The notes under the pieces: model-generated
Database searches by the model: none
Seen by the model: the letters and a program-made list of their open reading frames with translations, nothing else
Told to the model about the DNA's origin: nothing
NCBI GenBank assembly: GCA_964431915.1
Contig: CAYSLI010000001.1
Location: 111,240 to 175,239 of the forward strand
DNA: 64,000 nt
Direction: 5' to 3'
Source of the DNA: an uncultured Candidatus Saccharibacteria bacterium
GTDB taxonomy: Bacteria > Patescibacteriota > Minisyncoccia > Minisyncoccales > CAZKCU01
Translations under genes and position numbers: made by a program
Shown here: one piece after another, positions 32,510 to 40,753 of the stretch
Layout of the letters: each line of letters opens with the position of its first letter
How positions within the stretch are numbered: position 1 is the first letter of the stretch

Positions 32510-35500
32510 ATGAATAAGAAAATAATTCTTATTTCTATAATTTTTGCTTTTCTGATAACTCTTATTCCCTTAAGAGTTGATTGGTCTTTTGATAAATCCT
32601 TAAAGGACGGTCTGGTTAGTACTAAACTGTCTTCGATTACTTATCGCCTAAATTACTGTAGCGCAGGTTGGTATAGCTATAACTGTTCTTGTTCTGGCAA
32701 CTATCGTCAAAGGAAATATTGTACCAGTTATGGCGGCTGTGGTTCCTGCTATAGGTATAAAAACTGTGGCTCCACTACTTATGGTTCCTGGAGCTATTAT
32801 TGTTCAGGGAGTAATTTGCGCCGAAAAAGAACTATTTACTACCGAGGTTGCTCGGGAAACTCTTGTTATTACTATACTGGCACCGGTAGTGAGCATGTAA
32901 GAAGCTGTGGCTCAACTACTTATGGTTCCTGGAGCTATTATTGTTCTGGGAGTAATTTGCGCCGAAAAAGAACTATTTACTACCGAGGTTGCTCAGGAAG
33001 TTCTTGTTATTACTATACTGGCACCGGTAGTGAGCATGTAAGAAGCTGTGGCTCAACTACTTATGGTTCCTGGAGCTATTATTGTTCTGGGAGTAATTTG
33101 CGCCGAAAAAGAACTATTTACTACCGAGGTTGCTCAGGAAGTTCTTGTTATTACTATACTGGCACCGGTAGTGAGCATGTAAGAAGCTGTGGCTCAAGAA
33201 CTTCCACTACTACTTATTACTGCTCCGGAAATACCCTCAAAAAAAAGGTGGTCTATTCCGGAGGCTGCTCTGGGACTTCATGTCGGAGCGACAGCACCTA
33301 CTATTATACTGTAAAAGACTGTGGCTCAAGGACCTGTACCTCTCGCACTTATTATTGTAGTGGAGACCGCCTCTGGTATAAATATACTTGCTCTGGAGGA
33401 TGTTCAGGAACTTCTTGCCGTGCGACCATTAACTACGCTTATTTGTCAAAAGACTGTGGCTCAAGAACTTCCACTACTACTTATTACTGCTCCGGAAATA
33501 CCCTCAAAAAAAAGGTGGTCTATTCCGGAGGCTGCTCTGGGACTTCATGTCGGAGCGACAGCACCTACTATTATACTGTAAAAGACTGCGGCTCAGATGA
33601 GTATGGAAGTTGGGGCAGTAATTATTGTAAATATGGCGATGTTTACCATAAGAGAATTATTGTTTACAGAGGGTGTTCAGGAACTGATTGTTACGAAAAT
33701 ACTGAAGGAGATGAACAAAGAGTTGAATATTGTAGTTTAGGTTGTAAAGAAGGAATGTGTATTACGGGATTATGTATTTCTCATGGTGATTGTGGTAGAT
33801 GCTATTATTGTCAGAGGTGGCCGCTTTGCACTGGCGTCTCTGGGGGTGTACCATGGATAGGTCCGTGCTGTCGTCCCACAGAGGGAGTTAATCAGAATGT
33901 TTGTGGGCAAAACCCTCGCGAGAAAGGTTCTTATTGTTCTCAGCAAGAAGGGTATTATCAAGGTTGCGTTGGTGTCTACAACGCCTGTCATGGAGGAGTT
34001 ACTTGTGGTTATGGAAATGTGTGTAACGTTTTGGAGCACATTTCCGGTTGTGGCAAGATTAATTGCACTTCTGATAATTACTGTGTTGGAAACAAGATTT
34101 ATGCAAAGACTACCTGCTCTGGAGGTTGCTCAGGAGGTGATTGCTTGGAAGATCGCACTTATGAATATTATTTAACTGACTGCGGTCCAAGAACTTACAT
34201 AGATAGTTATTACTGCTCAGGAAATAAGGTTTATAAGAAGAGAGTCTATTCCGGAGGCTGTTCAGGAGGTGAATGCACAGAGGATAGCATTTATACCTAT
34301 TATCAAGAAGACTGTGGGACGAGTGATTATAAATACCGTATTTCAGGAGGCTGGCAGCAAAGGGCGTGGTGTAGTAGAGGTTGCTCAAATGGTTCTTGTT
34401 ATGAAAACTGTGGTTCTTGGTCAAACTATCTACAGGACTGCGGGCACACTTGCCTAAGTCATGGCACAGCTTCTGTTGGCTGGCCTGATTGTTCCTGTAG
34501 CAGACGGAGTCCAGCTTCAGGTTATGAAATAATTGGAAGGTGGAATACCTATGATTGCGGCAATAACTGCACAGGTTACAGAAAAACTGGCTGTTCTTGC
34601 ACAAGTTGGGCTGACCGCTCCTGCGGAGGAGGCAGTTGTTCTGCTTACCAAAGACAGCAAACTCGCACCTGTACCCCTTCTGGCTGTGATAAAGAATCTC
34701 GATGTGTATCTGACTCTGCCTGTGGTTGTTCTTGTACAGGTTGGGTTAACCGCTCCTGTGGTGGAGGCAGTTGTTCTGCCACCCAAAGACAGCAAACTCG
34801 AACCTGTACTCCTTCAGGCTGTGATTCTGAATCTCAGTGCGTGGCTGACAGCGCATGCGTTTCCTCTCCCATTCTTAATTTAACAGCTGATCCTTCTTCA
34901 ATTACCCAAGGACAATTCTCAACTCTTCAGTGGTCTTCTATTAATACAACCAGTTGTACCTGGACAGCCGGTTTATCAGGGGGAGCTGCAACTTCTGGCA
35001 ATAGAGCGGTTAACCCTTCTACTACCACCACTTACTCAATGAGTTGTACTGGTCTTGGTGGAAATGCTTCAGGTAGTGCTATAGTTAATGTTTCTCCATT
35101 AATCAATCAGTCTCCTTCAGCAACTAATCTCAAGGTAGTCCAGCCAGATTATTGTCTTTCCGGGCCAACAGGTTTTTTCTCCTGGACCTTTACTGACCCT
35201 GACCCTGGAGATACCCAATCTGCCTACCGAGTTCAGGTAGATAACAATAGTAATTTCTCTTCACCTGAAGATGATTCTGGAAAAGTAACCTCAAGCTCTA
35301 ATTCCTATGCCACTATCTTGGGTAAATTGAAATATAACAATACATATTACTGGAGATTAAAGGTCTGGGATTCAAAAGGCCTTGATTCTATTTGGATTTC
35401 AGGTCCCAGCTTTACCACTCCAACACATGCCTATCCTGAAATTGACTTTAGCTGGTCTCCATTTAAACCAAGCGTTGACGAAGAGGTTTTATTCGTTGAC

Positions 35501-35728
35501 CAATCAACTGTCTATGGAGGAACTACAAAAGAAAGCTGGTCTTGGACTTTCCAAGATGGCAGCCCGGACAGTTCTGCAGAGCAAAACCCAATAGCCAAAT
35601 TCTCTTCCACCGGCGAAAAAGACATTACTCTCAGAGTTACTGACTCTGATGGTTTCTCCTGTTCTCGCGCTAAAACCTTAAACAGCCAGCTTCCTCTTCC
35701 TATCTGGAAAGAGATTGCGCCATTTTAG
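32510..35728 (+). CDS. Giant cysteine-rich modular surface protein (Cys-module repeats, 2 TSP1-like repeats, Ig-like, FN3-like and PKD-like C-terminal domains)
   Basis: 1072-aa ORF with an N-terminal TM/signal. It has about 10 modules of 44-47 aa built around 'YYCSG..L..K...Y.GGCSG.SC'. The C-terminus 'IDFSWSP...VLFVDQS...WTFQDGS...ITLRVTDSDG' is PKD-like. Confidence 0.8.
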   Translation: MNKKIILISIIFAFLITLIPLRVDWSFDKSLKDGLVSTKLSSITYRLNYCSAGWYSYNCSCSGNYRQRKYCTSYGGCGSCYRYKNCGSTTYGSWSYYCSGSNLRRKRTIYYRGCSGNSCYYYTGTGSEHVRSCGSTTYGSWSYYCSGSNLRRKRTIYYRGCSGSSCYYYTGTGSEHVRSCGSTTYGSWSYYCSGSNLRRKRTIYYRGCSGSSCYYYTGTGSEHVRSCGSRTSTTTYYCSGNTLKKKVVYSGGCSGTSCRSDSTYYYTVKDCGSRTCTSRTYYCSGDRLWYKYTCSGGCSGTSCRATINYAYLSKDCGSRTSTTTYYCSGNTLKKKVVYSGGCSGTSCRSDSTYYYTVKDCGSDEYGSWGSNYCKYGDVYHKRIIVYRGCSGTDCYENTEGDEQRVEYCSLGCKEGMCITGLCISHGDCGRCYYCQRWPLCTGVSGGVPWIGPCCRPTEGVNQNVCGQNPREKGSYCSQQEGYYQGCVGVYNACHGGVTCGYGNVCNVLEHISGCGKINCTSDNYCVGNKIYAKTTCSGGCSGGDCLEDRTYEYYLTDCGPRTYIDSYYCSGNKVYKKRVYSGGCSGGECTEDSIYTYYQEDCGTSDYKYRISGGWQQRAWCSRGCSNGSCYENCGSWSNYLQDCGHTCLSHGTASVGWPDCSCSRRSPASGYEIIGRWNTYDCGNNCTGYRKTGCSCTSWADRSCGGGSCSAYQRQQTRTCTPSGCDKESRCVSDSACGCSCTGWVNRSCGGGSCSATQRQQTRTCTPSGCDSESQCVADSACVSSPILNLTADPSSITQGQFSTLQWSSINTTSCTWTAGLSGGAATSGNRAVNPSTTTTYSMSCTGLGGNASGSAIVNVSPLINQSPSATNLKVVQPDYCLSGPTGFFSWTFTDPDPGDTQSAYRVQVDNNSNFSSPEDDSGKVTSSSNSYATILGKLKYNNTYYWRLKVWDSKGLDSIWISGPSFTTPTHAYPEIDFSWSPFKPSVDEEVLFVDQSTVYGGTTKESWSWTFQDGSPDSSAEQNPIAKFSSTGEKDITLRVTDSDGFSCSRAKTLNSQLPLPIWKEIAPF
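32764..33186 (+). repeat. 3 x 141-bp near-identical tandem repeat
   Basis: ctgtggctc(c/a)actacttatgg occurs at 32764, 32905 and 33046. Each unit is 47 aa. Confidence 0.9.
33187..33588 (+). repeat. 267-bp period repeat, 1.5 copies, with a 135-bp identical block
   Basis: 33187-33321 is identical to 33454-33588. Each block contains an A8 tract (33239-33246 and 33506-33513). Confidence 0.9.
34592..34861 (+). repeat. 2 x 135-bp repeat encoding TSP1-like Cys modules
   Basis: 'CSCT(S/G)W..RSCGGGSCSA.QRQQTRTCTPSGCD.ES.CV.DSAC' occurs twice. Confidence 0.8.
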
Positions 35729-35799
35729 TAGGGTATAGCCAGCAGGGTTTAGTTTGTGCTTAACTTAGTTAAGCACAAAACTCCGTTTCATTAAAAGAG

Positions 35800-35827
35800 A
35801 ACCCCGCTTTTGAATGCGGGGTTTTTT
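35800..35827 (+). terminator. Rho-independent terminator
   Basis: Stem ccccgc/gcgggg followed by TTTTTT. Confidence 0.8.
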
Positions 35828-35854
35828 GACAAACTTTAAAAAATCCTTTAATAT
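35826..35854 (+). promoter_or_regulatory. Sigma70-type promoter for rny
   Basis: TTGACA-17 nt-TAATAT. Confidence 0.6.
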
Positions 35855-35952
35855 TAAAATAGGATAAAATTAAATTCGGACTTCGGTATTAATTCACTAT
35901 AAAACTTTTAATCTTTTGGAAATGTTGAGATACCAAATCTCCGACAAAAAAT

Positions 35953-37482
35953 ATGAATCAATTTATTCCACTTTTAGTGGGCATAGTTTCTGTGGTAATA
36001 GGAGTTGTTTTGGGTTATTATGCTCGTCAGTCAATTGCCAGAAGAGATTACGACACCTTAGAAGCAAAAATTCAAAAAAGAATTTCTCAGGTAAAAACTG
36101 AGACGGGAGCTCTTTTGGCCCAGGCCAAAGAAAAGGCCTCCCAGATTTTAGAGAAAGCTAAAGCTGAGGCAGATACAAGGAGTGAGGAACTTTTTAAAAC
36201 AGAAAGACTTTTACTAAGGAGAGAAAATGTTTTAAATGAGAAGCTTTCAGATTATGAGAAAAAAGAAGCCGAGTTTCGCCAAAAAGTAGAAAAGCTCAAA
36301 GGGATAAAAGAAACTTTAGAAAATCTAAAAGAGAAAGCTCGTGAAAATTTAGAAAAGATTTCTGGACTTTCCAAGAAAGAGGCGCGAAAAGAGTTATTTG
36401 ATGATCTGGAAAAAGCGTACCAGAAAGAAATTTTTGAGAGAATGAAGAAATTAGAATCTGAAGGCCAGGAGCGATTTGAAAAGAGAGCCAAAGAATTATT
36501 AGCTTTATCTATTCAGAAATGCGCCATTTCTCAGGCTCAGGAGATTACTACTACAACCCTATCTTTACCTTCTGAAGAAATTAAGGGAAGAATTATTGGT
36601 AAAGAAGGAAGAAACATTAGAGCTTTTGAAAAATTAACCGGTGTGGAAATAATAGTTGATGAAACTCCCGAAGCTGTGGTTATTTCGGGCTTTGACCCGA
36701 TTAGAAGGCAGATTGCTAAAGTAGCCCTGGAAAAGCTGATCCGGGATGGCAGAATTCATCCAGCCAGGATTGAAGAGATTGTGAAGAGGGCAGAATCGGA
36801 AATATCCTCTCAAATAAAAGAAGCCGGAGAGCAGGCTGTTTATGATGCAGGATTTGTTGGCCTTGATCCAAAGATTATTCAATTGTTAGGAAGATTACGT
36901 TTCCGAACTAGCTACGGCCAGAATGTTTTGCTTCATTCTATTGAAGTTTCTCTTCTGGCTTCAGCTCTTGCTGCTGAAATTGGGGGAAAGATTCAGGTTT
37001 GTAAAAAAGCAGGGTTACTCCATGATATTGGCAAGGCCGTTGATCATCAGGTTGAAGGTTCTCATACTGATATTGGCATTAAAATTTTAGAAAAATTTGG
37101 AGTAGAGAAAGAAGTTATTGACGCTATGAAATCCCATCACGAAGAATATCCCTACGAAAGTTTAGAGGCAATAATTGTTCAGGTTGCTGATCAAATTTCA
37201 GGAGCCAGGCCAGGAGCAAGAAAAGATACCTTAGAGAGTTATCTCAAAAGACTGGGTGAACTGGAGCAGATTGCTAATTCTTTTGCCGGGGTAGAAAAAA
37301 GTTATGCTATTCAGGCTGGCAGAGAGATTCGAGTTTTCGTTAAGCCAGAGGAGATAGATGACCTCCAGGCAAAAAAAATAGCTAAAGATATTGCCAATAG
37401 AATTCAAGAAGAACTAAGGTATCCTGGAGAAATTAAAGTCAACGTTATAAGAGAAAGCAGGGTGATAGAATACGCAAAATAA
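35953..37482 (+). CDS. rny: Ribonuclease Y
   Basis: 509-aa ORF with an N-terminal TM, coiled coil, KH domain ('IGKEGRNIRAFE') and HD domain ('LLHDIGKA'). Confidence 0.95.
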   Translation: MNQFIPLLVGIVSVVIGVVLGYYARQSIARRDYDTLEAKIQKRISQVKTETGALLAQAKEKASQILEKAKAEADTRSEELFKTERLLLRRENVLNEKLSDYEKKEAEFRQKVEKLKGIKETLENLKEKARENLEKISGLSKKEARKELFDDLEKAYQKEIFERMKKLESEGQERFEKRAKELLALSIQKCAISQAQEITTTTLSLPSEEIKGRIIGKEGRNIRAFEKLTGVEIIVDETPEAVVISGFDPIRRQIAKVALEKLIRDGRIHPARIEEIVKRAESEISSQIKEAGEQAVYDAGFVGLDPKIIQLLGRLRFRTSYGQNVLLHSIEVSLLASALAAEIGGKIQVCKKAGLLHDIGKAVDHQVEGSHTDIGIKILEKFGVEKEVIDAMKSHHEEYPYESLEAIIVQVADQISGARPGARKDTLESYLKRLGELEQIANSFAGVEKSYAIQAGREIRVFVKPEEIDDLQAKKIAKDIANRIQEELRYPGEIKVNVIRESRVIEYAK

Positions 37483-37486
37483 TTGA

Positions 37487-37536
37487 AGGTCGCTGAAAGC
37501 TTCGCCTTCATCTCTCATCCTCGCTTTGCTCGGGTA
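37487..37536 (+). repeat. Family C element, degenerate copy
   Basis: ...cttcgccttc...cctcgctttgctcgggta shares the GCTCGGGTA 3' signature. Confidence 0.5.
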
Positions 37537-37548
37537 ATTGAGAATTGG

Positions 37549-37576
37549 AAAACGGCTCACTTGAGCCGTTTTCTGT
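37549..37576 (+). terminator. Rho-independent terminator after rny
   Basis: Stem aaaacggctc/gagccgtttt. Confidence 0.8.
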
Positions 37577-37645
37577 TCTGTTTGGAATATATTTATGACT
37601 TCGCTCGAACTCATTTTATCAGAAATTCCTGATAGAAACCAGTGT

Positions 37646-37665
37646 CCGCCGCCGCAGGCGGCGGG
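37646..37665. repeat. All-GC hairpin (ccgccgcc-gca-ggcggcgg)
   Basis: An 8-bp G/C stem in AT-rich surroundings. Its right flank 'cagaccgaaaacgaaat' resembles the flank of the family B copy at 24086. Confidence 0.6.
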
Positions 37666-37695
37666 TAGAAACAGACCGAAAACGAAATGGCTCGC

Positions 37696-37738
37696 GGGCA
37701 AAAAATTTCCTTCCCTATGACCTCTCTATTTTTTGCCC
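37696..37738. repeat. Inverted repeat gggcaaaaaat / attttttgccc with a 21-nt loop
   Basis: An 11-bp perfect stem, 20 nt upstream of the operon promoter. Confidence 0.6.
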
Positions 37739-37757
37739 ACTCGCCGGACGAAAAAGA

Positions 37758-37786
37758 TTTACAAAATTGGCAGGATGTAGTATATT
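37758..37786 (+). promoter_or_regulatory. Candidate promoter of the TS-like/QueC-like/CYTH operon
   Basis: TTTACA-17 nt-TATATT, 32 nt before ATG 37819. Confidence 0.5.
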
Positions 37787-37818
37787 TGAATCATTACTTT
37801 TATAGTTAAACTAAAACT

Positions 37819-38562
37819 ATGTATGTTAAATTAGAACCATTCGGCTGGAATATCTATGGCGAGACAATAGGTGGCACTTGGTTAAGTTTGGTTGAAGCGA
37901 TTAATAAAAACGGGGTTTTAACCGAAGATGAAGATAGAAAACGATTGAGCTTGCAGAATATTCGTATAAAATCAGCAACGCAATCTTTTCCTGATCCTCT
38001 TATTGAAAAATATGGAAACAAAAAGAATGTTGATGAAATAATCAATCTTACATTCAATGAAGAAATAATGCACGACTTTGATGTTGTACCTTCGTTTAGT
38101 CCTGGTAGTAAAAGTTATTACGCGAGATTAAAAGATTGGGGAATGATAGATTTTGTCGTGGCAAGATTAGCTGAAATTCCAGAATCGAAAAAAGCAATTA
38201 TGAGCTTTGTGAGACAAGAAGACTATCAAAGAACATTAGAGAGACCCAAAGACGATTATCTGCCTTGCATAACTACAGTTCAATTTAGACTTATTAAGAT
38301 TAGCGATGAAAGAGGATATCACATGAACACATTGTTCAATGCAAGATCAATAGACGCATATCAAAAAGCTGGTGGCAATTTTGTCGCAATTTCTCTTTTA
38401 TCAAAGGAGGTGGCTGGGCGGTTAACAGAAAAATTAAAAACTCAGATCTGGGCTGGTCCATTAGACGGATTTTTGACGGATGCCCATATTTACCAAGAAA
38501 GTATTGAGGGAGCGAAAGAGATAATCAAATTATATAAGCACTATGATCAAAATACTGAATAA
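37819..38562 (+). CDS. Thymidylate synthase-fold protein (short, archaeal-like ThyA/pyrimidine hydroxymethylase family)
   Basis: 247 aa. It has 'DYLPCITTVQF' (the P-C-H-like catalytic Cys context). 'NARSIDAYQKAGGNFVAISLL' aligns with TS '[20 protein letters not shown]'. 'TDAHIY' aligns with 'GDAHLY'. Confidence 0.7.
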   Translation: MYVKLEPFGWNIYGETIGGTWLSLVEAINKNGVLTEDEDRKRLSLQNIRIKSATQSFPDPLIEKYGNKKNVDEIINLTFNEEIMHDFDVVPSFSPGSKSYYARLKDWGMIDFVVARLAEIPESKKAIMSFVRQEDYQRTLERPKDDYLPCITTVQFRLIKISDERGYHMNTLFNARSIDAYQKAGGNFVAISLLSKEVAGRLTEKLKTQIWAGPLDGFLTDAHIYQESIEGAKEIIKLYKHYDQNTE

Positions 38563-39448
38563 ACAAGGAGAGATAAAAATCAAGGGCAAGGTGAATGAGG
38601 ATGTAAGTCTGCTTAAAATTTACAGCAATATCTTGAAAGGCAAAAGAGGATATGTTGTTAAAATGCCAAAAAAAGGCGAAAGCGTTGTTGTCTGTTTGTC
38701 TGGCGGCCAAGATTCTGTTGCTAATATAGGAATACTGCTAAAAGAGTTTGGTTTAAATGTTTACCCGTTTTTTATCAACAGGGGTCAGTCAAACTACAAA
38801 TACGAAAAGAAAGCAGTAGATTATTTCAACCGATTTTATAAAAGAAAATTTTCAAAGCTTTACCACAATTACAAAGAGATAACCGTTATGACACCGGGAG
38901 TGGAGTACAAAGATTTATTGAGAAAAACAAAAAGAATGATGGATGATATTCCGTTAAATCACAACATATCTTATCCGGCAAGAGGACCAATAGTGTTTTT
39001 GACCGGAATGGAATACGGTTATTCCTTAAAAGCGATAGGAGTTGAAGTGAAAACAGTTTTCGCCTCTAATATGAGCTCGGATTTTTCCTACCATTGTTCT
39101 CAAACTTGGGTTAGGTTGATGAACATATTATTTTGCCAAATACTGAACGACTGGACTTGGCAGTTTATATCTTTGCCAATAGAAACGGAGTTCGGAAATT
39201 ATTTTGATAAAAATGTTTTCATAAAATGGGCTTACGAAAATGGGGTACCCTTACACAAAGCAAGAACCTGTGTTAAGTCCTTTGATATTGAATGCGGCGA
39301 TTGTCCCACTTGTTGGGACCGGCGGAGGGGATATAAAGAGGCGGGAGTGAAAGACCCGACAAAATATAGGTTCCCGATGTCTGAAAAATACCCAACATAT
39401 TATGATCACGAAAAAGAAGAAAAACATGAAAAAAGAAATAGAAGTTAA
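38543..39448 (+). CDS. QueC-like PP-loop ATPase
   Basis: 'VVVCLSGGQDSV' is the SGGxDS PP-loop. The C-terminal Cys cluster 'CVKSFDIECGDCPTCWDRRRGYKEAGVKDP' matches the QueC Zn site. An alternative start is at 38663. The ORF overlaps the upstream gene by 20 nt. Confidence 0.7.
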   Translation: MIKILNKQGEIKIKGKVNEDVSLLKIYSNILKGKRGYVVKMPKKGESVVVCLSGGQDSVANIGILLKEFGLNVYPFFINRGQSNYKYEKKAVDYFNRFYKRKFSKLYHNYKEITVMTPGVEYKDLLRKTKRMMDDIPLNHNISYPARGPIVFLTGMEYGYSLKAIGVEVKTVFASNMSSDFSYHCSQTWVRLMNILFCQILNDWTWQFISLPIETEFGNYFDKNVFIKWAYENGVPLHKARTCVKSFDIECGDCPTCWDRRRGYKEAGVKDPTKYRFPMSEKYPTYYDHEKEEKHEKRNRS

Positions 39449-39974
39449 AATCGAATTAACGCCGAAAGAGTTTAATGATCTCACTAGAAGTTTCGGTAAT
39501 TTTCATTTTGAAAGAACCTTTGGTTATTTCAAAGAAGATTTTTCAAACATCAAGGACGGCATTTTCCCGAGAATAAAATATGTGGAAGGGGAGAAAAAAG
39601 AGATTATTTTAACTGTGAAAAGAAAAACAAAAGAGAACGCTCAATTTTTTGAACGAGAAGAAATGGAAGTAAAAATAAAAGAAGAAAAAGATATCGAAAC
39701 TTTAAGAGAGATATTGAAATCTTTAGGTTTTAGCAAAGAAATTATTTTTGAAAAGAAACGAAAAAATGTTCTAAAAGATGATATGCTTATTTCTTTTGAT
39801 GAGCTTCCTTTCGGTTTTTTTGTCGAGTTTGAGGGAAAGCCGGAAACAATAAATAAATATCTCGGTGAATTCGATTTTGCAGATCGACCGCGGATTACGA
39901 AGGCATATCTTGGTCTGTGGGAAGAATATAGAAAGGCTCATAATACGACAGACGAAAATTGTGTGTTTAAATAA
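39426..39974 (+). CDS. CYTH-domain protein (CyaB/ThTPase triphosphate tunnel family)
   Basis: 'MKKEIEVKIEL' carries the ExExK signature. It also has 'ILTVKRK', 'REEMEV' and 'ISFDELPFGFFVEFEG'. It overlaps the upstream gene. Confidence 0.75.
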   Translation: MKKEIEVKIELTPKEFNDLTRSFGNFHFERTFGYFKEDFSNIKDGIFPRIKYVEGEKKEIILTVKRKTKENAQFFEREEMEVKIKEEKDIETLREILKSLGFSKEIIFEKKRKNVLKDDMLISFDELPFGFFVEFEGKPETINKYLGEFDFADRPRITKAYLGLWEEYRKAHNTTDENCVFK

Positions 39975-40096
39975 AAAAAGAATCGCGCAGTGAGTTGATC
40001 GCCTGAAGGTCCTACGGGACTTTTGTTGTTTGTGTATTGAAGTGTTTTGCAATAACCTGATACCCGTGCTATACAGGTTCTAGAAAGGAGGGAGTA

Positions 40097-40396
40097 ATGC
40101 CATTAAGAAAAGGCTTGCTGAAAGGAAAAAAGGTGAGATCAAAGCACTCTACCTTCAGTCCAGAGGCGGTTTTCATTATTGAAACCGCAAAGAAGGAACA
40201 TGAAATCACGAGGGTGGTTCCAGCTCAGGTAACCGGAAGGGGCGGAAAGAAAAGTATCAAGATCCAAAAGGTTCCAGTAGGCCTCAAAGTCGTCGTGCGC
40301 GGATCAACTGGCGCACAGGTCGTCTGGATTTATACTAGTGCCCAGGACTCCGTTGAACAAATACTCAGAGAGGCTTGGGCAAAGGCGGGGTGGTAG
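40097..40396 (+). CDS. Small basic protein, unknown function (possibly DUF2103-like)
   Basis: 99 aa with a strong AAAGGAGGGAG Shine-Dalgarno sequence. GC is about 49% by hand count over 290 nt. The patterns 'SKHST' and 'GLKVVVRGSTGAQVVWIYTS' recall a family I cannot verify. Confidence 0.45.
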   Translation: MPLRKGLLKGKKVRSKHSTFSPEAVFIIETAKKEHEITRVVPAQVTGRGGKKSIKIQKVPVGLKVVVRGSTGAQVVWIYTSAQDSVEQILREAWAKAGW

Positions 40397-40483
40397 CGAT
40401 ACTCCGCCTTTTTTTTGGACTTATGCCTTGACTCGGTTAATTTTCCGTGAGTTAAAAAGGAGCACGCGGTTTACCGTGTGCTT

Positions 40484-40753
40484 TTATGTGCATATCTTGT
40501 GACACAGCGCTTGGTGCATACAGAAAGCAAAAAGCGTCTCTGTGGCTGTCGGGTTCTCGTTATCCTCATTGCGTATAAAGCAAAAAGGTATACTGAGCTC
40601 CCTGGCTTGCGAAACAGCAACATCAATTTCCATCTTCTGTTCTTGAATCAGAAAGTTAATGTTGCGCTTACGGTCATACCGATCGTGTGCGTCCTTGAGG
40701 CGACGACGCAGGATAGTATGAGGATTCGCGACAATGACCGCTATCGCAAGCAT
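40484..40753 (-). other. Uncertain 89-aa ORF in the GC-rich islet, possible gene remnant
   Basis: The frame continues upstream through one TAG to the tRNA-Gly boundary without a start codon. I recognise no motif. Confidence 0.15.

Noticed and set aside
32764-33588. A diversity-generating retroelement (template/variable repeat pair) in the Cys-rich gene.
   Set aside because: The differences between repeat copies are not adenine-specific, and no reverse transcriptase or accessory gene occurs in the window.
29412-33600. A possible CRISPR array suggested by the regularly repeated sequences.
   Set aside because: The repeats are 30-nt promoter blocks separated by genes of 0.4-0.8 kb, plus 141/267-bp in-frame coding repeats. 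There is no array of short repeats alternating with spacers of similar size, and no cas genes.
37414-37701. A 95-aa minus-strand ORF downstream of rny.
   Set aside because: It spans the rny 3' end, its terminator and the hairpin elements, and has no coding signal.
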